Below are positions 38,001 through 43,676 of a DNA stretch of 43,676 nt, in pieces (within the stretch, counting starts at the first letter, position 1; each line of letters opens with the position of its first letter). Under the pieces are notes generated by a model. It was not told the DNA's origin. It did not search any database and saw nothing but the letters and a program-made list of their open reading frames with translations. A program made the translations under genes and the position numbers. Location: positions 190,422 to 234,097 of the forward strand of contig PS015049.1 of NCBI GenBank assembly GCA_048213135.1, read 5' to 3'. This stretch comes from Reclinomonas americana ATCC 50394 (taxonomy: Eukaryota).

Positions 38001-39021
38001 NNNNNNNNNNNNNNNNNNNNNNNNNNNNNNNNNNNNNNNNNNNNNNNNNNNNNNNNNNNNNNNNNNNNNNNNNNNNNNNNNNNNNNNNNNNNNNNNNNNN
38101 NNNNNNNNNNNNNNNNNNNNNNNNNNNNNNNNNNNNNNNNNNNNNNNNNNNNNNNNNNNNNNNNNNNNNNNNNNNNNNNNNNNNNNNNNNNNNNNNNNNN
38201 NNNNNNNNNNNNNNNNNNNNNNNNNNNNNNNGAGAAAGAGAGAGAGAGAGATAAATGAGTGGTCCCACGATTACATAACGCAGTGCGCGGGTGGCTCTCC
38301 TCTTCCGCTGCAGAAGACAGCGACTGACAGGAGAGCCTCAGGAGAGAGAGAGAGAGACAAGTGAGCGGTTACCACGATTACATAACGAAGTCCCTCTCAT
38401 TCTTCCCTCCCTCTCTGACACACTCAACTCAGCATCACACCCGCATCGGTGGCGACCTTGTCCGGATCCGCCCAGAAGTCTTCCAACAGACGATCGCCGT
38501 TCCACTTGAAGAAGCGCAACAGCGCTCCCGCCACTCCAGTCGACACTTGCAGAATGTCTTTGACTCGGAACACCTCGCGTCGCTGTGACTCCACAAGCTC
38601 CTCATCGCCGAGAACCTGACAGAGAACGAGAGAGTGTCAAGAGTCAGAGGCTGAAATACACAACCTCCATCACCACTTCTCCCTCTCTTGTCTCTCTCTC
38701 TCTCTCTCACACACACACGCACGCACACATGCACATACACACTGCCTCTCTCCACACACACACAGCACGTGAATATGCGCATGTAAGAGACAAGAGACAA
38801 GACAACAATCTCTCCCTCACACCTCCCTTCTCCCCCCCTTCTCCTCCCCTTCTCCTCTCTCTATGCTCCATGTTTACCTCAAAGCTCGGTGCCTTGTCCA
38901 CAATGCCTGGCGTGACCACAAACTCAAAGTCATCATCATGAGCGGGCTCATCATCATCGTCATCCTCCTCCTCCTCCATCATATCCTCCTCCGTTGACTC
39001 ACTGCCACCTGCACTCGACAT
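35083..39021 (-). CDS. Ariadne-family RBR E3 ubiquitin ligase (N- and C-terminal exons on -, RING1-IBR-RING2 exons on the inverted contig 36347-37764)
   Basis: Acidic N-terminus and LLRFFKWNGDRLLEDFW (38435-39021, -). RING1 CMVC...CGHMFCETCW, IBR WCPAPGC...CQCGLDF..C..EAHGPATC and RING2 NCPFC...GCMSMTC..C..EFCWVCLG (+). Ariadne domain RYMNH...RKTLK|WSYVYAFY...FEFLQS|ELE (35083-35800, -). Confidence 0.88.
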
Positions 39022-39072
39022 GGTCGCGCACACAAACAAACACACAGAGACAATGAGCTCAAGAGGACAGCT

Positions 39073-41150
39073 TCATTCTTCCTCCATTGTCGACCTCGAA
39101 GTCACAAACGTCGCCTTGCGCTTGGCGGCTGAAGGCAGCGCCTCGCAGCCGGGGCAGTTGCGCAGGTTTTCGTGAATGTAGACCTCGCAGGCGGAGCAGA
39201 ATGGGCGGCGGCACTTGGGGCACTCGGAGACCGTCGAGGCCGAGGCGAGCATGGAGGAGGCGCCGGCCAGCATGCTCATGTCTTGGGCTTGCGACTGTGC
39301 GGTTTGCACGAGCTCGGCAAAGGAGACGTTGCAGCCGTAGCAGTGTGTGGCGGCGACGGCGTCGAGAGGGCGGTCGGTGAAGGGCGTAATGGGGAAGAGG
39401 TGGTGATAGGTGCGTGCCAGTTGCGGCGAGGAGACGAGAGAGAGGCCGCAGACGATGCAGTCGGCCGGCAGCTCCATGTACTTGAAGCGACACCGCGGGC
39501 AAATGTAGCCGCCTCGCTTCACTCTGTCGTATGCACAGGGTGAGTTGTACGGCAGCGCAGAAAAGCCAGAGGCCAGTAGTCGACGCAACGTGCGGGAGAC
39601 GACTTCGATCGACGGCGTGTGCTCCGAGTGCTCCGGGAAGCCCATGTGAATCAGCGACGGCTTTTGCTCGAACGAGCCGACAGTGGGCGGTGGCTCAGCT
39701 TGCGCCGCCAGCAGCTCACGCAGGTGTTCCTCGTTCAGCACAATGCCGTACACACCTGCTCAGATGTGAGACGACATGCGTTCCACCTCNNNNNNNNNNN
39801 NNNNNNNNNNNNNNNNNNNNNNNNNNNNNNNNNNNNNNNNNNNNNNNNNNNNNNNNNNNNNNNNNNNNNNNNNNNNNNNNNNNNNNNNNNNNNNNNNNNN
39901 NNNNNNNNNNNNNNNNNNNNNNNNNNNNNNNNNNNNNNNNNNNNNNNNNNNNNNNNNNNNNNNNNNNNNNNNNNNNNNNNNNNNNNNNNNNNNNNNNNNN
40001 NNNNNNNNNNNNNNNNNNNNNNNNNNNNNNNNNNNNNNNNNNNNNNNNNNNNNNNNNNNNNNNNNNNNNNNNNNNNNNNNNNNNNNNNNNNNNNNNNNNN
40101 NNNNNNNNNNNNNNNNNNNNNNNNNNNNNNNNNNNNNNNNNNNNNNNNNNNNNNNNNNNNNNNNNNNNNNNNNNNNNNNNNNNNNNNNNNNNNNNNNNNN
40201 NNNNNNNNNNNNNNNNNNNNNNNNNNNNNNNNNNNNNNNNNNNNNNNNNNNNNNNNNNNNNNNNNNNNNNNNNNNNNNNNNNNNNNNNNNNNNNNNNNNN
40301 NNNNNNNNNNNNNNNNNNNNNNNNNNNNNNNNNNNNNNNNNNNNNNNNNNNNNNNNNNNNNNNNNNNNNNNNNNNNNNNNNNNNNNNNNNNNNNNNNNNN
40401 NNNNNNNNNNNNNNNNNNNNNNNNNNNNNNNNNNNNCGCGACTGCCGTACGACGGCACCGAGACGAGACTCTCGCGTGCCATCTCCAGCCCATTCTGCAA
40501 CGAGGTATCGCCGCCAAACACCTGAAACTCGGCCTCCAGTCGCCTCTCGTGGTGCCCCGAGCTGCCCACCAGGTCACACACACGCTGCGCGACACCTCTC
40601 CGCAGCACAATGAGACCCAGCTGCGACAGCGGGTTCTGGTCAAAGTAGTTCTTGATGAACGCCTGTGGAAAACGCATGAGCACCAGACTGTCTGTTGTCG
40701 AGAGAGAGAGAGAGAGAAAGAGGTAAGGCGCGCGCCTTGAGTGCTCTCCGCATGACCACCGAGCGCAGCGGCTTAAAGTCACACTCGGTGATCGAGTCGC
40801 CCAAGTCCACAATGAGAAACATGAAGCGGATCATGCCTCGACGCACAATCTGATTGATGTCGGTCAACCTGCTCATGCACACAGTCACACACTCGCTCAC
40901 ACTCTCACATACTCTTGCGCGCTGCATCAGATGCACACCTCGCGCGACGCTTTCTCTGCGCAGAGTCTGTCACCGCCTGCAGCACACCATGCTCATCCTC
41001 GCGAATGGCCTCCCATGTGCGCTCATATCCGCGTTCCCACGAGCTGACCACAGCATTCGAGGCTGCGGCTGCGGCTGCAGCTGCAGCTGCTGAGGACCCA
41101 GAAGCTCCTCTGCTGCTGGGCGGGTAGTCGCCGTCCTCAAAGATGTCCAT
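39073..41150 (-). CDS. GTF2H2: General transcription factor IIH subunit p44 (Ssl1); middle part in gap
   Basis: WERGYERTWE, VRRGMIRFMFLIVD, YFDQNPLSQLG, SLQNGLEMA, MGFP, YICPRC..KYMELPADCIVCGLSLVSSPQLARTYHHLFP and a C-terminal CPKC..FC..C..YIHENLRNCPGC. Confidence 0.95.
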
Positions 41151-41274
41151 CTTGTCTGTGCTCGACAACGAAGACGAGGCGACGGAGTGTTGTGAATGAA
41201 AGGACGATGGGACTTCGTTGTTGCATTCATTTTTTCCTGGCTCTTCCTCACTCTGCTTCCGTATGCGACGCTGA

Positions 41275-43288
41275 TCATTCATCTTCGTCTTCTGCAGCTG
41301 CATCGGCGTCTGCGGCCGCGGAGCCGTTGCTCTTGTTCTTGTTCTTCCGCTTCTTGTTGCCCTTTGGTCGCTTCTGCTCGACGTGCAGCACGCGGTGAGA
41401 GACGCACGCCCGCACATCGGGCCATGGATAAGAGGACGCAACTTCTGGTCTCTCCTCCTCGCCGCCGTCTTCGCCCTCATTCACTCGCTTCTTCATGAGT
41501 TCACGGAACGTCGGCAAGCTGATCGTGTCGAGAGGTCCCTCCGGTAGTTGCTCTGCGCGGGATCACGTTGGCTTTCAGACTTCTGTCACCACGCGCACCC
41601 CACACTTACCCAGCAAGCTGTGCAGCAGCGCAGCCTCTGGCGAAGCGCCGTCCACCAGCATCCAGCCGTCGGCGGCATTGTGTGCGAGCAGACTCACCGC
41701 GGGCGACAAGGGAAGCACGCCGGCGAGACCGGCCGGCGGTCTTTGCAGGGGGCCTGTGCGTCGCTCAATGTCAGCTGCCTCGCCATGACACGCGCACGAT
41801 GCACAAGAGACGAACCGCCAGTGACGGGCAAGCACACGGTGGCCAGTCTCGCCTGCGCTGCATCGCCGTCGTGCACAAAATCGACACCGACAATCCCGTG
41901 ACCGTCGGGAGCAACCAGCGTGGCGCGCAACACCAGCGAGCACCCATCTTCCTCATTCAACGAAAACAGCAACACGTACGCCGAGCTGCACGTATCACGT
42001 GAGCAGGGAGGGGACCACACGTGGAGGATCACCATGAGAGACAACAACAGACCCTTCCGGCACCGCCGCGAGCATATTATGTTGCGGCCACGCACTGGCC
42101 AGCGTGGCCACACCCGTCACCTCCGCTCCACCGCCCACCACCTCCGACAGCAGCAACTCACTCATCATCATGCCCGTGTCGTAATTCCACACACGCAGCG
42201 CACCGTCGGCCGCCGCCGACACCACCTGCCGCCCGTTGCCGAAAACACGCGCATGCGTGACGCCCCTGCAGTCGATGGTGAGGGAAAGTAGAAGCAACGA
42301 CAACGACGCTCAGTCGCAACTCGATAGTGTCCAAGCAAAACGATTCAATGTGGTACGTGTTGGGGTAGCGCGACACGCGCAGCTTGCCGTCGCGGTCGGC
42401 CGAGATCAAGCGACGTGCATCCGGTGACATGGCGACAGAGGTGATTGAGGTGAGGTGGCCGAGGAGTTCGACCGATGTGTGCTGGGGAAGGGATGATGAG
42501 CAAAGGAGGAGAGGAGGTGAAAGGGAAGGAAGGGAAGGGAGGAATGCAAAGGAGAGGGAAGGAAAGGAAGACACGGAGAGAAGCGACAAGATTAGCACAC
42601 GGAATGATGTGGCTACAAGGAAGACGCAAAGCCAAAGACAGCAACATCGGTGAACAGCCTTCCCTGTCCCCTGTCACGAACACACCTCCCGCACTCCAGC
42701 CGCCGCCTGCTCCTCCGACGGCACCGCAATACGCCGCACCGCACCATGCTTATCCGCCACAATCAAGTGCGACGCCGACGGCGTAAACGTCAGATCCGTC
42801 ACTCGTCGCTGCGCGCGGAACTGCGCCAGCGCCTGCCACGCCGCAGCCGCCGCATCCAGCCTCCACACCACAATCTCATGCGTGCCCGCTGCGGCCGTCG
42901 CAATCAGGTTGCGCTCGCTGTGGCACAGCGCGAATGCCACAGAGGTGCTGGCTGCGGGGAGAAGCGGAAGAACGCGACCAGAGCTGCAGGGTGAGAGCAG
43001 ATGGAGGAAGAGGAGAGCATACAAAGAGTGTTAACATGACGCTTCTCGCAGATGCACATGTGTGTGTGTGTGTGCGAGTGTGAATGAGGGAGACAGGAGG
43101 TGGAAGGTGATTCACAATTCGCACATTCCCATCGCGGTGCATGCATGCATGAAGGTGTGTGCGTGTGTGTGTGTGTGTGTGTGCGTGTGTGTGAGCGTGA
43201 GAGACAAGACATCAGCATGCATTCTCATCGCGTTTGCATGCATTCTCCATGCATTCTCCTCGCGTTTGCACAGATGTGTGTCTTGCAG

Positions 43289-43324
<36 letters not shown>

Positions 43325-43644
43325 CGTGAGAGACAAGACAGCAACATGCATTCTCCATGCATTCTCATCGCATTTGCATGCATTCTTCATGCATTCTCCT
43401 CGCGTTTGCACAGATGTGTGTCTTACAGAGCGTGTGTGTGTGTGAGCGTGAGAGACAAGACAGCAACATGCATTCTCCATGCATTCTCCTCGCGTTTGCA
43501 CAGATGTGTGCCTCTGTCTGTGTGTGTGTATTGTGTGACTTCTATGTCTCTCACACTCAACATGACATCGCCGACCAGAAGCACACGCGAGTCGGCGAGT
43601 GCCACCAGAGAACCACGTTTCGATGCCAGCAACGCACACGCCAT
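41275..43644 (-). CDS. WDR4: tRNA m7G46 methyltransferase non-catalytic subunit WDR4/Trm82-like
   Basis: LIVADKHGAV and LLGHLTSITSVAMSPDARRLISADRDGKLRVSRYPNTYHIESFCL, then VVSAAADGALRVWNY, with a basic C-terminal tail. The start codon is tentative. Confidence 0.85.
43150..43512. repeat. Intronic minisatellite: three imperfect ~120-bp units ((tg)n-agcgtgagagacaagaca...atgcattctccatgcattctc...cgcgtttgcacagatgtgtg)
   Basis: The unit recurs at about 43190, 43320 and 43443. Confidence 0.85.
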
Positions 43645-43676
43645 TGAGAACAACAAGAGAAGTCGAATTTTACTCG

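Noticed and set aside
38232-38390. Short direct repeat (gagaga...ccacgattacataacg) twice in an Ariadne intron; similar imperfect repeat at ~110-150 and ~938-985
   Set aside because: Only two gap-adjacent copies, with no spacer array, terminal repeats or other mobile-element or CRISPR features.
3834-39021. Apparent cluster of ubiquitin-system genes (Ub-A2M, URM1, COMMD, Ariadne)
   Set aside because: They are interspersed with unrelated housekeeping genes, and such genes are numerous in eukaryotes. There is no evidence of functional clustering.
1-43676. Prokaryotic features (CRISPR, operons, IS elements), rRNA/tRNA genes
   Set aside because: The sequence is eukaryotic with spliceosomal introns, and none of these were recognised by eye. 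tRNAscan/Infernal were not run.

Overview
Gene-dense, intron-rich nuclear DNA from a microbial eukaryote (lineage not determinable from sequence alone), with CA/CT microsatellites in introns and seven N gaps. Because of the many short introns, the ORF track is misleading, so gene models here were built by hand from exon fragments and GT/GC-AG junctions; boundaries are approximate. Genes left to right: a KPVIY...VVEWGG-domain gene (-); a ~9.3 kb bacterial-type alpha-2-macroglobulin gene (-); a head-to-head pair of paralogous WD40 genes; URM1 (-); two tandemly duplicated GT2 glycosyltransferases with URM1 and COMMD pseudo-fragments at the duplication junction; a COMM-domain gene (+); an EFM4/EEF1AKMT2-like methyltransferase (-); a ~12 kb beta-helix-repeat/Cys-rich/multi-TM surface protein (-); an Ariadne RBR E3 ligase whose middle contig is inverted between two gaps; TFIIH p44 (-); and WDR4/Trm82 (-). 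The main finding is that the alpha-2-macroglobulin has no evident signal peptide and carries a near-canonical ubiquitin domain (47 of 63 visible residues identical by manual alignment) fused in frame where the protease bait region normally begins. It also has two further divergent ubiquitin-like domains. This suggests an intracellular trap for deubiquitinases or Ubl proteases (hypothesis). The ubiquitin C-terminus and the expected thioester site fall in a sequencing gap. A second notable pattern is frequent use of GTTGCG 5' splice sites.
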